Part shown: positions 1 to 15,048 of the stretch, one piece after another | How positions within the stretch are numbered: the first letter of the stretch is position 1 | How the letters are laid out: each line of letters begins with the position of its first letter | DNA from: Lama glama | Lineage: Eukaryota | Assembly (NCBI GenBank): GCA_028534125.1 | Contig: CM052816.1 | Location: 38,132,001-38,196,000, forward strand | Reading direction: 5' to 3' | Length of the DNA: 64,000 nucleotides | Notes under the pieces: model-generated | What the model saw: only the letters and a program-made list of their open reading frames with translations | What the model was told of the DNA's origin: nothing | Database searches by the model: none | Translations under genes and position numbers: made by a program

Positions 1-129
1 ATTATAGTATATTCAAGTTAAATATCCTACTCTAGTGTGTATTAAAATTCTAAATAAACTGTAGAAAATATTTGGTCAGAAACATGGTTAACACAGGGAT
101 CCAAGAAAATATAAAACAAATGGAATACA

Positions 130-265
130 CTTCACTCATTCATTCATTCATGTATTCACTCAATAAAGATTAATGAGCACCCTCTATGCCAGCACTGAAC
201 ATATACAAGAAATTCATCAAGAATGAGACATGCACAGTGCCAGCCTTGAAATTTATCTCCTAGTG
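130..265 (-). mobile_element. L2 LINE 3' end fragment
   Basis: (CATT)n tail followed by 'taatgagcaccctctatgccagcactg' and 'gtgccagccttgaaatttatctcctagtgg', the typical reverse-complemented L2 3' end. Confidence 0.7.
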
Positions 266-488
266 GATTGTTACTCTTTGATGAGTGCCTGCTGTATGTT
301 AACCATTATGCTAAACCCTGAGACACAGTGGGTACATGGAAACAATTGACAATGAACAGACAATATGTTTTAGTATGAATAAAGGACAAGGAAAAAGTTT
401 GTGCAATGTCCTTCTGGAGCTAAGATCAGAAACACTTGAAGACTGGAATGATAGAATCATTTCCTGACAAAACTGAGTCATAAAGAAT

Positions 489-1220
489 GAGAAAAGGGAA
501 CCCTCATGAGCTGCTGGTGGGAACGCAAATTGGTGAAACCACTGTAGAAACAGTATGGAGGTTTCTCAAAAAACTAAAAATAGAACTACCATAGGACCCA
601 GCAATTCCACCTCTAGGTATATATCCGAAAGAATCAAAACTAATTTGAAAAGACACATACACCCCAATGTTCGTAGCAGCATTACTTAAAACTGCCAAGA
701 TACGGAAGCAACCTAAGTGCCCATCAACAGACAAATGGATAAAGATGTGGCATGTGTGTATACACACACACATATACGTACAGTGGAATATTACTCAGCC
801 ACAAAAAGAATGAAATAATGTCATTTGCAGCAACATGGATGGATGCAGAAGATACTATGCTAAGTGAAATAAGTCTGACTGAGAAAAACTAATACTGTAT
901 GATATCACTTACATGTGGAATCCAAAAACATAAAATAGTGAATATAACAAAAAAGAAGTAGACTCACAGACACAGAAAATAAACTAGTGCTTATCAGTGG
1001 GGGGAGGAAAGGGGGAGGGGCAATATAGGCATAGGGGAGTAAGAGGTACACTATCAGATATAAAAAAAGCTACAAGTATATATTGTACAACAAGGGGAAT
1101 ATAGCCAATATTTTATAATAACTATAAACAGAGTTTAACCTTTAAAAACTGTGAATCATTCTGCTGTACACCTGTAACTTATAAAATTTTGTACATCACC
1201 TATACTTCAACTTAAAAAAA
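489..1220 (+). mobile_element. 5'-truncated L1 (ORF2 C-terminus + 3' UTR, laurasiatherian/artiodactyl type)
   Basis: 'aaaagggaaccctc...aaaaatagaactaccataggacccagcaattccac...gcagcaacatggatgga', G-rich 3' UTR tract, ends 'tatacttcaacttaaaaaaaa'. ORF 504..773 is its antisense reading. Confidence 0.92.
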
Positions 1221-2146
1221 AGGAATGCAAACACTCTAAGATAAGGAAAAGGGTAAACTGTTCTAGGTACCAGTGGTAACACCAAGGAAAAGGAGTCAAA
1301 TATTTACTCACATTATTAAGCAGTCTTCAAATGTTTAATATATGTGAGTCATAAAATGAAAAGAAAAGCCTTGAGAAAGGCGTAACTCAGTGATGCAAGC
1401 AAAAATCAACCCACGAAATTCCTCCCAGCCACTTAAAGGGTTTCATTTCGAAGCTGAAGTAAGCCACTGAAATGTTTTTAACTGAATAGCATTTATATAT
1501 GTGAAAGATCATGGTGACAATGGCATCGTGGCTGAATTAAAAGTGAGAGAGTAAAAACAAATATTTTTTCTTATTAGGAAGGTATGACAGTTATTCAAGC
1601 AATACACAGTTGGAGTGGGAACTAAGTCAGTAACTGAAAAATGGAAAGAAAGGGATAAATCAAGAAATACTAACAAATGAGAGTCGAATTACAGGATGCT
1701 GGGATGTACCGAATGGTTGTTTATAGTTTTCTAATATGATAAAGATAATTTCACCCCCTGGTATGGCAATTAAAGGGCAAAAAAGTGTCTTACACGTAGC
1801 AGCTAGGTAGGAACTTAGAGAATACTCATTATTTACAGGAGAGAACAAGGTCTACTAGTGACCAATTATACTTGAAAGTTTTCCTGTCTTCTGATTTAAT
1901 ATTATTTTGTTAAAAGTATTCATGGCATATTTTTTACTTTTTAAGTGTGATGATCAAAGCAATGACTTTGGTAAGTTAAATTCCACAAAATACTATTAAA
2001 CAATTTACTATATTTAATCAAATCTAAGTGACCTTGTCCAAGGTGTCTTTTCTTTCATTGATCTATTTAATTTTTAGTTCTTTGCCTTGAAGTCATGTTT
2101 CAGATGTTCACACAGGTACTTCGCTTTTTCCTCTGTGGCAATGACA

Positions 2147-2188
2147 ACATTAGGACATGAAAGAAGACATTAGACATGAAAGAAGACA
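2147..2188 (+). repeat. short tandem duplication (~20 bp x2)
   Basis: acattaggacatgaaagaag / acattagacatgaaagaag adjacent. Confidence 0.85.
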
Positions 2189-5144
2189 GGTAATAGTTTG
2201 GAGCCAATTTTATTTTCAAGACCCCATTTGGTAGTCATTCTCCCTGACTGTTCCTGAACCACAGGAAAATGCCCAGATGTGAGAGACAGCACCTGTGGAA
2301 AATCAAATGCAGACGAATGAAGGTGTGCTAAGTAGCTTATGGAATGAATCCACCCTCAAGTCAGGGCAATATAAGCAAAATTTGAGCAAAGGCTGGTCAG
2401 ATGTAAGTATAACAAACTTTTTATTTTTTACTTGCATGACAGATAATTCTATTTTAGATTGTTTAAAAATGTAGGTTCTCTTTCATGACAATTCAGGAAG
2501 GATTATAAATTCAATAATCGGTCTGGGAAAAGGTTATTGGGCCAGGAAGCACTGAAATACAACTTAACTATGCTTATTATTCCACTGACTGTTGGATGAG
2601 TGTTCCTATTTCAAAATCAAATAACTTGACTGTAAGTCTGAGGAGCACCTGGTTAGTTAGCTAGTTAGGTAACTGTTCCATTCACAGTTCAATCAAAGAA
2701 GCAAGCACAAAAACACAAGGCCTAGGGTGCCACAGACATTCTTGACTGTAACAACACATCTACTCAGAGGGCTGTGCAGAATGAAGGAAGATGAAGAAAA
2801 GTATATGAGAAAAAAATCAAACTTGAATCAGTAGTTGATAGCTGGCAGTATCTCTTGTTTGTACTTAGGATGTTAACAGTAGACATGCCTGGTTTGACCA
2901 GCTACCACAGCGCTTTGTCAGCTGGTAGAAATCTGATTAAACTGAAGAATTCTGGAAGTGGCCCAAAAGACTTAGGAATTTATGTTAAGTGTCACTTTTG
3001 TTAAAGAAAATATGATATTCAAACTTCTAAAGCTCTGAGCAAATGTCCTATTTATTTCTTGTTTTTTAAGATATGAAATTCTTTAATGACTAATGATGAT
3101 TTCCTGTTTCTTCTACTCATGAAACTGCAAATTATTTACACCATACTTGGAGTAGCAAGTTCAGTATGATTACATCAGTATGAGTTCTAGATAATATTGA
3201 TTTTCAGCTGTGAATATGGTTAGACTACCAACAGCTTCACATCCAGAAAATGTTGCCTCTTGTCTTCCATAATTAATCTGCTTCATAAGTCAGTGTTCTC
3301 CAAATGCATTATATCTGGATGCTTTCTCAGATTATATTACCACTTTTAATAGACTTAGAAGAAACCTGTTTAATATTTTTCTGTTTAACTCAATAAATAG
3401 TTGGTAAATAGGGCTGTATTTCCAGACACACTGAATTTGTAATATTTAACATCCAATAAAACTTAAATTTAATTACACAAGAACTTGAATCAATCTGGGT
3501 TTGCAATTTGCTCTATTTTAGTGTAATAGATGCAAATACCCTTTTTTTTAAATTCAAGAAAATTTTTCATGCTATTGGCACTTTGTATTACAAAGTTTTA
3601 CTGTTTCAAGCTTAATTTCAATCAGATTAGTGAAATGATGGCCAGACACTTGTAAGTACTTTTAATGGCAAAACAATATACATTTTAAAATAAAATAACA
3701 AAATAAGATAACTGTTTACACTTTGGACAACCTTCCCTGACAAAGTCAGGCTCTCTATAAAATGTGGCTGTTTACAGGCAAAATAAAACAAGAAGTCAGT
3801 CTATACAATCTTAATGATACTACCACGTTTACCATTTTAAGTTATTTAGAAGATACCAAGTGTTCACTTTTCAACCAGCAAACTATAGCATTTCTGTGAT
3901 TGTAGCTGTCTTGCCTTCTGAAACATTTTTGATCATCCACAAACCCAAACACATAGATACACAAAGAATAATCAAGAGAAAATATATTCTGAGTAAATAA
4001 TAGATAATTCCCTTAATTTTTTCATTCACAATTTCTTCAGTCTTTTTACTACCTTTAAAGACTTAGACAGGTTTCCCAATTTTGTTTTGGTTTTAAGGCT
4101 TACTGATTTATTATTCACATCTGAATTCAGATAATTGATATTGATCCCCATGCCTTGCAGATGATCATTGTCTAGGGAGGAAGTTATTCTAAGGGTGGTA
4201 TATCTGGAATAATGGCATTGTTGGCAGGAAACAAAATCAATACCTAAACCTGAGGAAGAAGCTTTATTCAGTCTTGCTATTCTTAAAATGGTTAAACCAG
4301 GGAAGGCATAAGTTCGGAAGACAGTGTATGAAGCTTTCTAAAGAGCTGAAAGTACTTTGAACATGAGATACATTAAAAATGAAAAAAAAATACATAAGTA
4401 AAGAAAAAGTCATCATTTCAGCAGGTAAGTACTTGACATGGAAAAGAGCTAATCTGAAGTGGCCAGAGAATGAGTAGATCTTTGGAATCATTTTCAATGA
4501 ACAAAGTGGCAAAGAGATTTTACACTCCAGGGGTATGAATGAGAACTCTTTTTTCAAAATTTATTGCCCATCTCTTTGCTTTAAAGTGTGCCTCTTTTTT
4601 TTTTCCATCAGAAAATAATTATTTCTTGATTCTGAATAAAGAATTTGTTCTTCATGGGTCTTTATACCTCCACATACAGATGAAAATGTCCACTCTTAAA
4701 AACAAAACATAGTCAAATACTAAGTAATATTCCTTCTTTTATATTTAGCCATGGAAAAATAGATACATAAATTAACACATAAATTAATAAATGAGTTAAC
4801 TATGCAATTCTAGGATGTGCCTCCTAATCGGTGAATATAAGTGTCACATGCTAACCCACAATAATTGGTGCCAAGATACCATAGATAACCTACAATCAGA
4901 TAATTCTGGTACATAAGGGATTTTAGAAGGAATAGTAAGAATTATCAGGCTTCCTATTATAACATAATACATTGTTCCAACAAATCAAAGTATATTTTTC
5001 ACTATAAACTATCCTGACCTCCATAAGTAAATTCAGTATTTTTCCAAACATTTTATACATATAGTATATTTAATGCTCTGGATACCACTTTTATTTATTT
5101 CTATTATAGCAAATTCTCATTGTTATTGTATTTAATAAGTTTAC

Positions 5145-5435
5145 AATTTTTAAATTAAATTTTTTGTTTTGAGATTTGCAAATCTACATGAAGTTGTAAA
5201 AAAATAATAATAAAGAGAGACCCCATGTCTGCTTAACAGTTTCCAATAATGGCAGTGTCTTACAAAATGACAGTACACTATCACAGCCAGGGGCTTTACA
5301 TCACAGTTGATATACAGAAGTTCCATTACCACCAAGATTTTTTCTATTGTCCTTCACAGCCACACCTACCTCACTCCTCTCTAGCAAATCTCTAATCCCT
5401 GGCAAGCACAAATCTGTTTCCCAATTCCATAATTT
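5145..5435 (-). mobile_element. old L1 (L1MC/MD-like) 3' end fragment
   Basis: 'ttttgagatttgcaaatctacatgaagttgtaaaaaataa...tctctaatccctggcaagcacaaatctgtttcccaattccataatttt', typical minus-strand old L1 3' end. Confidence 0.65.
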
Positions 5436-6399
5436 TTAGTCAATTTTAACAAAAGGCACAAGGATAAATCTATGTGAAAAAAAATAAGCTTCTAAAGTAG
5501 CAAACAGTATTGTACATTATTGATCTTTTGGTATATGGAATTCATATTCCTCTAGACTTTATATTTTAGTTTTTAGATCATCTATCAATATAGATAAATT
5601 GAAGCCCACCTATGATTAATTTTCTTGTGCAAGGGCAGAATCCCCAAGAAGAAATTTGATCTTATGAAAAAAGGAGTTGGCTGTCTTCATTTTAATACCA
5701 CTTCAGGGATTGTAAATTTCAGAGCTTAAATGTTATGATGTGTATTACTCACATTTGTGCCTTGGAATGCCCCCTTCTTTCATGCCCCCACCCCTCCCTA
5801 CATGAATTAATATCTGGGTCTAAGGGGAAAAGAAGGTTGTGAACAAAATTGTAAAGGAGCTATTCCACTGAAAGCTATTTGAGATATTCATGCACTCATC
5901 CATTCAAAAATAGCACCTAATATATACCAGGCACTTTTCCACATGCTGGGAATATAGCAGTAAACAAAAAGAAAAAATCCCTTTCCTTCTGGAGCTAACA
6001 TTCATAACATCACAAAAGCAGAGATATTTTGGTAGCAGTGTGGAGGAAGAGCAATACTAAGGAAGAAAAAAATACTATTTTTCAACTCTACAGGGACACA
6101 AAATGACTTCAATATTTTGGTAGACACTACCAAGCACAAGTCCATTGCTATCGCTATTGGACATAGTGATTTGTTGGAAATGTTATGACACTTAGGGGAA
6201 ACATGGGCAATGCCAGGCAAGTGTTCTTCATGAGCTTAGCAATAAGCTAACAGAATAATTGCCTAATAAAGGGAATTTTAACCACAGGGCATAGCTGAAG
6301 TGACTCAGTGCTTCATGAACCCAGCAGTGCCTAATAATCAGAGCGAAAGCAAAGTATGAGGATGAAGTAGAATTTTAACAAATTTGGGTACTACCAGGT

Positions 6400-6930
6400 A
6401 ACTGCTGCATCTTGGGAACACACACAAAAGATTCTTTAAGAGCTCCCCGAACTATCTGGAAGTCCTTTGGTGTTGCCACACTATTGGTAACCACAGCACA
6501 TCATCTTGGATCACAACTAACTTTAGCTCAAGCTGCCATGAATAAGTCTTGTGATTGCAGGACCCTTCCACTATAACTACAGCAGCTCTCAGCTTTCTGC
6601 TTCTGGACCTTGCAATTCCTGGAAGCCTGGTCAACCTGTCCCTAGAATTTTGAGTGTTAACATCACCAATCAATGAAGGATGTGAGTCAATGGATAAATA
6701 TCCCAGCCTCTCAGCTTTCAGAGAAACCATTCTGAAGTGCACTCTAAATGCCTCCTGACAGGTTCCTCATCATAACAGAGTCCCAGTTGCCCATAGGGGT
6801 AATCAACCAACACTGTATCCTATTCCCTATTTATTCCTTGTTCCCTATCTAATTCTCCTCGCTCCTTCATGTCAACTTCCTGATATAATCCTGTAATAAA
6901 CGCTACTAGCTCTGGGGAACCTAAATGAGG
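6400..6930 (+). mobile_element. ERVL LTR (LTR16-like), degraded
   Basis: 'accattctgaagtgcactctaaatgcctcc...agtcccagttgcccataggggtaatc...aataaa...tctggggaacctaaatgag' resembles the LTR16 family 3' half; boundaries approximate. Confidence 0.6.
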
Positions 6931-9261
6931 GTTCGAATTTCACATTAAAGAGTCAATAAGATACTAGTTGCACATATATTCATGCTCTGAGTCCATTAAT
7001 GTTCTAGTTTCAAACCATAACAACTTAGGAGTTGCTATTAACAACTTTGAATGAAGAAAAGAGATATAAATCATGGGCAAATAAGCAACTATAAAGCAAG
7101 ATTGTTTATAACATACAGTTAATGAGATCATATATAACATTCCTTATGTTATTTATCTAACAATAATTGTTTTCTTGATCATGAGCTCACATGTTCAACT
7201 AACAAAGGTGGCAAATATTGCTTGAAATTGGAACTGAGGGTAAATCACTTGGAATTCACTGAGCATATTTTTATTAAGTATAGCCTATGTACTAAGAACT
7301 AGGAGGAAATAAGTAACATGATTCCTATATTTCATACAGTAGAGATACACATTATATATGTGAAAATATTAAGTCAAGTTAGCAGTAATATATCATATGA
7401 AGGATGTAACTAGACATTTGGAAGTCAAAAATGGGAAAGTTCATTTCTAATTTCAAAGAAGGTATGGTGAAGAATGAATCTTTTGTGATGAATATTTGTT
7501 GGCATGGGAAGCAGTATGAGTTAAAGTTCCAAGTTATAACAAATCCTCAGGAAATGGTGAATCAATCAGGTTAATTGGAATAATATACTTCTTTGGAAAT
7601 GAATATAAAAGTGGTTTGGGAGAGAATGTGAAATCCTAAAAAAAAAAATTATGGATACATTACCTTATTTCAAAAGTAATAGAAAACAATTAAATAGATT
7701 TTGATTAATTTATCCTTAGATTTTTGATCTCTGTATGGCTAGCCCTAGGGTCTAAAAGAGGAATGGTTTGAGATAGGAATGAACTTTCGGTTATGGGACT
7801 CAGTGGAGAAAGAGTACTAGGTATAAGCAGGAAATAATGACAATCTAGACTTGGATTAAAAACTAAAAATAAAGAGTAGAATTGTTGTGTGAATATAGGA
7901 GAATAGATCCGTCATGGAGCCTTGCACATTTCCATATAAGCTAGACATAGGTAAGGCTTATCTACAGTCTGATTCAAGTCTTGACATAATGTTCCAAGAT
8001 CATGCTTGGAAAATGGTGGGAGCAATGTACAAGTAACCTCCCTATCTTGTAGATGTTATCTTGAGGAAGGCTGCAACAAGGATATTTCCCTTTGACTTTC
8101 CTTCCCTTTCTGTCCCATCCTGCTTTGGTGTATGAAATTGCTTGGCTGTAATCTAGACCTGACTACTCAATGATAAAGTAACCCACTACTCATGTCATCT
8201 GTAATCTGGCCCATCTGATTTGGTGTCATTGTGTGGCACTAGGGTTACAGAGAGCTGACAACATGCTGGTCTTGCTTTTCTACATATGCAGTAAACCCAA
8301 TTTTTTTAAGGAAGAGGAGAAAGTCACCTTCAAATATATATAGAGTTTATGATTTAAAAGGGAGAATGGAAACAGTTGATGATGGAAATGACTCTAGATT
8401 GAGGACTGTCAAACTGGAGCATACTGTACAATTTTTGGAGTTAAGTGAGTGGAACTGCAAGAATAGCTACTCATGTCTCCCACTTAGAAAACTGATGTGA
8501 CCATCCTGCAGTGTAGATGTCTAAAAGACTGAATACTGGGGGAGGGCAATCAAATTACTAAATATTATCTTGAAGATCAATAAAAATGTAATCAGAGTGA
8601 CAAATAAGAAGGCTTGCAAGTAAAGGAAGCTGAGTATGAAAGCTGCAAAATAAGAAAAACTAAATGAGCTACAAGACCCTACTGAACATCTTAGTCATCT
8701 TTTTATCCTCCTGCATGCTGCAAAGTAGATGATCAACATATAATTGCAAAATCATATGTCACAGATTTTATAATTCTTTTATAAAGTTATACATAAGGTA
8801 AGAAATGCTTTCTTAAACTTTGTTTACATTTTGTCACTCTATTCCTTCTCTAATACACACAAAACAAAACTATTGCTTTTTCTGTTGTAATATGTTCTGT
8901 GTATTTTGATAGATCCATCAAAAAAACTAAGTATGGAATAAAAATTATACATAATATTAGTATCATGAAGTATTCTGTTAAAATAAATGCATTTTACAGC
9001 AGTTATTTGTAATGGCTGCTATAATCAGAGACCTTTTTGCGATCTTTATTTTTCACAATGAGTAACATCTTTAATGAGGTTTAGGAAACACTTTAAACCA
9101 TGTTGTTTTAACACTCAGGTATTGTATGTTTGGGAGCACTTTCAAGCATTTGCTGATCAATACACATTGTTACTACTGTTAGCAAGAGAACATAAACTCT
9201 TCAATAAGTAAAGTTACCTTCACCACACTTTCTTGTTGGTGATAAATATGATAACATTCTA

Positions 9262-10040
9262 ACAAGCGTGGAGAAAAGGGAACTTTCATACACTGTTGAT
9301 AGGAAAGTAAATTGATGTAACCACTGTGGAAAACGCTATGGAGGCTTCTCAAAAACCTAAAAATAGAACTACTATAGGATCCAGCAATTTCACTCCTGGG
9401 TACATATCCAAAATAAAACCTAAAACACTAATTTGAAAAGATACATGCATTCCAATGCTCATAGCAACATTATTTACAATAGCAAAGACATGGAAGCAAC
9501 CTAAGTATCCATCAACAGATGAATAAAGATGACATATATACACACATATACATGGATATATGCATACATATATACACACATACATATACATACTACAATG
9601 AAATGCTACTCAGCTATAAAAAAGAATGAAATTTTGCCATTTACAACAACATGGATGGACTTGGAGGGTATTATGCAAAGTGAGATAAATCATACAAAGA
9701 AAGACAAATACTGTATGATATCACTTACACATGGAATATAAAAAATAAAACAGTGAATACAACAAAAAAGAAACACTTACAGATACAGAGAACAAACTAG
9801 TGGTACCAGTGGGGAAAGGGAAGGGGGGTAGGGAAGAGCAAGATAGGGGTAGGGGATTAAGAGGTACAAACTACTGCAATGTATGAAACGAGCTACAAGT
9901 ATATATTGTATAACATGGAATATAGCCAATATTTTACAACTGTAAATGGAGTACAAACTTTAAAAATTGTGAATCACTATGTTGTACACCTGAAACTTAT
10001 ATAACATTGTATATGAACTATACCTCAATTTTAAAAAAAA
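9262..10040 (+). mobile_element. 5'-truncated L1 (same subfamily as 489-1220)
   Basis: Colinear with the 489-1220 copy. ORF 9529..9741 contains the L1 ORF2 C-terminal motif 'YSAIKKNEILPFTTTWMDLEGIMQSEI'; ends in an A-tail. Confidence 0.92.
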
Positions 10041-11439
10041 TTGAGCTTCAGATTTTTGTTTTTACTAAAATATTTAATACATGTTAATTATTACCTTTAA
10101 CTGCTGAATATATTACCGTGTGTCTAGGTAGTTGATGCCTATCCAAAGAACCTTTACATTCAAGTGCCAAAGTGAAAACAAGTAAGTCAGTAACAAAGCC
10201 TGAAAGGTGACAGTGCACTTTGGTGTATGAGAGGACTTCAAGGAAAAAAACATTCATTCTTTCAGTAAGGCAAAATCTGAAAGTCAGTTTTTCTTACTTG
10301 ACAGTAGGTCAGTATACTCAAAGTAAAGTCCTTTTTGGAGAATTGTGAACAAAATAAAAAAGAAAGTCATGTATTTACCATGCTGTAACAGAATATTTTG
10401 TTAATACTACTCATTTTGAAGCATTGCCAAGGCTTTTGTAAGAAGTAAAGGAAATGCTGCATTACTATGAATAAGAAAAGATGATTCTCTCTGGCAATAA
10501 AATGAATGATAGCATTCTTTACTACCATTGCCAGAAAATTTATACTGACAAGTATACCCATATAATTCATGGCATGACATAGAACACTATATTGTCTTGT
10601 CAAATAAGGGAGAATTTTAATTTAAGACAAATTGCACTTTATGAGTTGGTACAGTCTTCATAGATCATTGATCAAAGGCCTAATCATTAAGATTGATTTT
10701 TTAAGTTAAAAATGAGTTCTCAAATACTCTGATTATGAAAAATAAAGTTTCAACTATAGCCATGTTTTAAAGATTATAATCTGGAGAATTTAGAAAGTGA
10801 GATTCTTTATGAAAAAATAGGTTTCTTTGGTAACATAAGTTTCTAAATATTAAGGATTTCTTATGTATTGCTTAGTTTATGGAGGAAAAATAATTTTAAC
10901 ATGCTCCACTTCACAAGAGCTTCACAAACTGTACATGAAAATTATGGAGTTTGTGGAGACATTTTAAGCAATTTTTTTTCCTGAATCACGTAATAAATGC
11001 TATTAATAGAAGTGACTTATTCAGAGGTCTCACTCTGATTCAGTAAGTATAAATCAGCAATGCATGGATTAAAATAATAATATGCTGAAATAGATTGATT
11101 TTCATGTCTTTTTTTCTGTAAGAACATTGCAATGAGATATTCCATGATAAACAGTATCTTACAACTAGCTACAACTACTCTGTAATAAGTTTCACTTCAA
11201 CTTTAAAGTATTTTTGGCGTAACAGGTAGTAATCAGAAACAAAAATGGATTAAAGCTCCAAAAAATCAACTTGAGAATTGTATTAATATCTGTAAATTAG
11301 TAAGGAAAATTTGATAATCTGTTAAGCTACCTAGCTCTTACATTTAAAAAAAAGGATTATTTTATTTTCTATTTAAGTTCTTATTTGATAAATGTTGACT
11401 TTTATAACCATGTACCACATTTTGCTATCAAAATTTAAT

Positions 11440-12085
11440 GATAGACAAAAATATATTATTCAAGATATCAAATCATGAATTCATGAATTGGAAGACTCAG
11501 TATTGTTAGCTGTCATCTTAATCTATTGATTCAATATAATCCCAAACAAAACCCACTAAGCTATATTGTAGCTACGAGAAATTAATTTCAAAGTTTATAT
11601 GGAAAGACAAAATATTTAGCACAGACAACACAATACTGAAAAAGAAGAAAAAACTGGTTACAGTAATTTTAAGTGTAACTAATAAAGGTACAGTAATAAA
11701 GATGGTGTGGTATGTCTAAAGAATAGACACACAGATCAATACAGCATATGCAAAAGCCCAGAAAAGATCCACAAAATGTAGTCAACTGATTTTTGACAAA
11801 GGGGCAAAGGAGAAATGATAACCTGATAATCTTTAAAACAAATGGTAGGGAAAGAATTGAATGTCCATGTGCCAAAAAAAAAAATAGAGAACTTACACTT
11901 TTCCCAACAATTAAATCATTAAATCAAAATAGATTATAGACTTGTATGTAAAATGTAATATGAAAACTTCTAGAATAAAACAAGAGAAAGTCTACATGAC
12001 CCTGGGTTTGGTGATGAGTTTTAGATACAATACCAAAAGCACAATCCATGGGAGAAATTACTGATAAATTGGACTTTATTAATTT
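11440..12085 (+). mobile_element. old L1 ORF2 internal fragment
   Basis: 'tcatgaattggaagactcagtattgtta', 'gtcaactgatttttgacaaagggg', 'gaccctgggtttggtgatgagttttagatacaataccaaaagcacaatccatg'. Confidence 0.8.
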
Positions 12086-12719
12086 TATATCCATATTTTA
12101 CTTCAGGTAGTTATTCATAAAATTATCTATTTTCAATAGGTATAATGTAAATTTTACATAGTATGTACTGTATGTTTCCACTAATAATGCATATTTTTCT
12201 ATATCATAGAAACAGTCTTTATGGGCATCACTGATGTCATTTTAAAAAGTGTTTTTGTAATTTAATTACTTTAAATGAAAATGTAGAAAAATACTTAACT
12301 GCTAGATGAAAACATGATTAATATGCCATATGTAAATAAGACTCGAGAGAACTGTAATTCTAAAACTGTGGTGATTTTGATATTATAGGATATAATATCC
12401 TACTCTAGTATGTATGACATATATGAGTAGTTCAAAATTAATGACTGCAACCGTCTTGCTATGTGTTATCAAATAACGATTAGAAGCACACTTTTGTAAG
12501 ACTAAAAAATGTTTCCTTAGACAGCAAAGGTAACTGTGAAATCACAGATGTAAATACAAAAGTGGTGTTAGATAATATTTTATGCTGCACAGGGGTTTTA
12601 TCCCAAGAGAAAAATGAAGAGACTCTAAACATCTGTTGGATTTTAGGAATGATTCCAAATATGTCTCAAGTGAGACACACGTTTAGATGTAGTGGCAGTG
12701 GGGCACTGTTGTAAACAGC

Positions 12720-12900
12720 ATGGGCTGTTCATGATACTTGGGGTCACATCCAAGTTCTGTCATGTGCTAGCCGGGTGACATTCTTTCTGTGCCTCAATTT
12801 CTTCATTTTCAAAATAAGAGTTATTTATAGTACCTTTTTCAAGAGGATGATGCTTTGAACTAAAAAAAGGAATGTGTGTTGTGTAGACAATAAATATTAA
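12720..12900 (+). mobile_element. MIR SINE
   Basis: MIR core-like 'ctttctgtgcctcaatttcttcattttcaaaataagag...atagtacct'. Confidence 0.65.
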
Positions 12901-14299
12901 CTACTAGAACCATCTTTACGATCATCTGCAATATATTTACATGTTATATAAAATGCACACCCATGTGAACTTAGTCAAAATTTATTAATTCATGGTTCTC
13001 TAAAAAAAAAAGAGCAGCTCATTTCACACACACTCACCTCTCATTAAAAAGCAAAATAGCCTCAATATTATACTGATTATAAATAGACTAGCATTTTCCA
13101 TTGCAATTTAACACCTACATATACTACTGATAAAGCAATGTATTTAAATTGGCAAATAACAAGAATATAGCATCCTCCAGAAGATAACTCAATCTTCTAA
13201 GATTACCATGTTAAAACAGTAAATTAGAATTTTAGTGACACACAACTAGATTATTGACCATTGACGAAAACATTCTAAGTACTTTAAATATATATGCATA
13301 TTTTAAATTGTGGTCTTTGCGACTTAAAAAAATTTTTATTAAGACTTTATATTTTTAGTGAAGTTTACGGTTCACAGCAAAATTGAAAGGTAGGTACAGA
13401 GGCTTCCCATCTGTTCTCTGCCCTCACATATGCACAGCACCCCCCATTATCAGCATCTCCTACCAGAGGGTACATTTGTTATAACTGATGAACCCACACT
13501 GATACACGGCCATCACTCAATGTCCATAGCTTACATTATGATTCTTTATTGGTTTTGTACATTCTATGAGCTTGGACAAGTGTATAATGACATGTATCCA
13601 TCATTACAGTATCAAGAGAGTATTTTCACAGCCCTCAAAGTCCTCTGTATTCTACCTATTTATCCCCTTTCCCCCAGGGCAATTTCTGGCAACTCCTGAT
13701 TTTTTTAACTGTCTGTACAGTTTTGGCTTTTCCAGAATATCACATAGTTGGAATCATACAGTATGTGGCCTTTTCAGATTATTTTCCTTCATTTCCATGT
13801 ATCTTTATGGCTTGACAGCTTATTTCTTTTTAGTGCTGAATGATATTCCATTGTCTGGATGTACCAAAGTTTATCTATTCACATACTGAAGTACTTTTTG
13901 TTGGCTTCCAGGATTTGGCAATTATGAATAAACAAGATACAAACATCCATGTGTAGATTTCTATGTGGACATAGGTTTTAAACTCCTTTGTGTAAATACA
14001 AAGGAGTGTGATTACAAGATCATATAGTAATAGTATATGATTTGGTTTTGGTTTTGTAAGAAATGACAGAACTCTTCCAAAGTGGCTATACCAGTTTACA
14101 TTCCCCACTAGCAATGAGAGTTTCTGTTGCTCCACATCAAAACAAGCCACGGGTGTTCTCAGTGTTCTGGACTTGACAGTTCTAATTGGTGCGTAGTGGC
14201 ATTTCATTGTTGTTTTAATTTGTATTTCCCTGGTGGATATGATGCGAAGCATCTTTTCATATGATTTGCCATCTGTGTATCTTTTTTGGTGAGATATCT

Positions 14300-14690
14300 C
14301 TATTAGTCTGTTTAGGCTGCTTTTGGAAAAATATTATAGACTGGGTTGCATAAACAAGTATGTATGTTGTACAATGTTGTTCACACAAACCAGTCTACAG
14401 TATTAGGCTGGGAAGGCTAAGATCAATGTTCCAGAAGCTTCGGTGTCTGGTGAGGGTCCAATTCCTAGTTCACAGATAATTGTCTTCTCACTGTGTCCTC
14501 ACGTAGGACCCCCCCATGGAGTTCTCTGGGGACTCTCGTACAAGGGCTCTAATTCCATTCAGGAGGGCTCCATACTCCATGAACTAATCACCTCCCAAAA
14601 GTCTCACATTCAAATACCATCACATTGGAGATCAGGTTTCAACATATGAATCGGGAGCAGGGAGGTCACAAACATTTAGTCTATCATAGT
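14300..14690 (-). mobile_element. MaLR LTR (MLT1A-like) nested in old L1
   Basis: 'tattagtctgtttaggctgc...ggctgggaaggctaagatcaa...gaactaatcacctcccaaaagtctcac...aataccatcacattggagatcaggtttcaacatatgaat'. Confidence 0.85.
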
Positions 14691-15048
14691 GGCTGTTAAA
14701 GTCTTTGACCCATTTTTAAATTACATCGCTTGTTTTCTAATTGTTGAGCTTCTAGAGTTTTTTGTATATTTTAGATAATAGACCTTTATCATTTATCAGT
14801 TAACTATTTTGTAAATATTTCTCCCACTGTGTGGCTTGACTTTTCATTCTAATGACATTCTTTTTTCAGAGAAGACATTTTTAAATCTTAATAAATTCCA
14901 ACTTGTCAGTTCTTTCTTTCATAGATCTTATCTTTGGTCTTATTTCTAAAAAATTACCACTATATCCAAGGTCATCTAGGTTTTCTCCTATGTTATCTTA
15001 TAGTAGTTTTATAGTTTTGGGTTTTTCATTCAGATCTATGATCCATTT

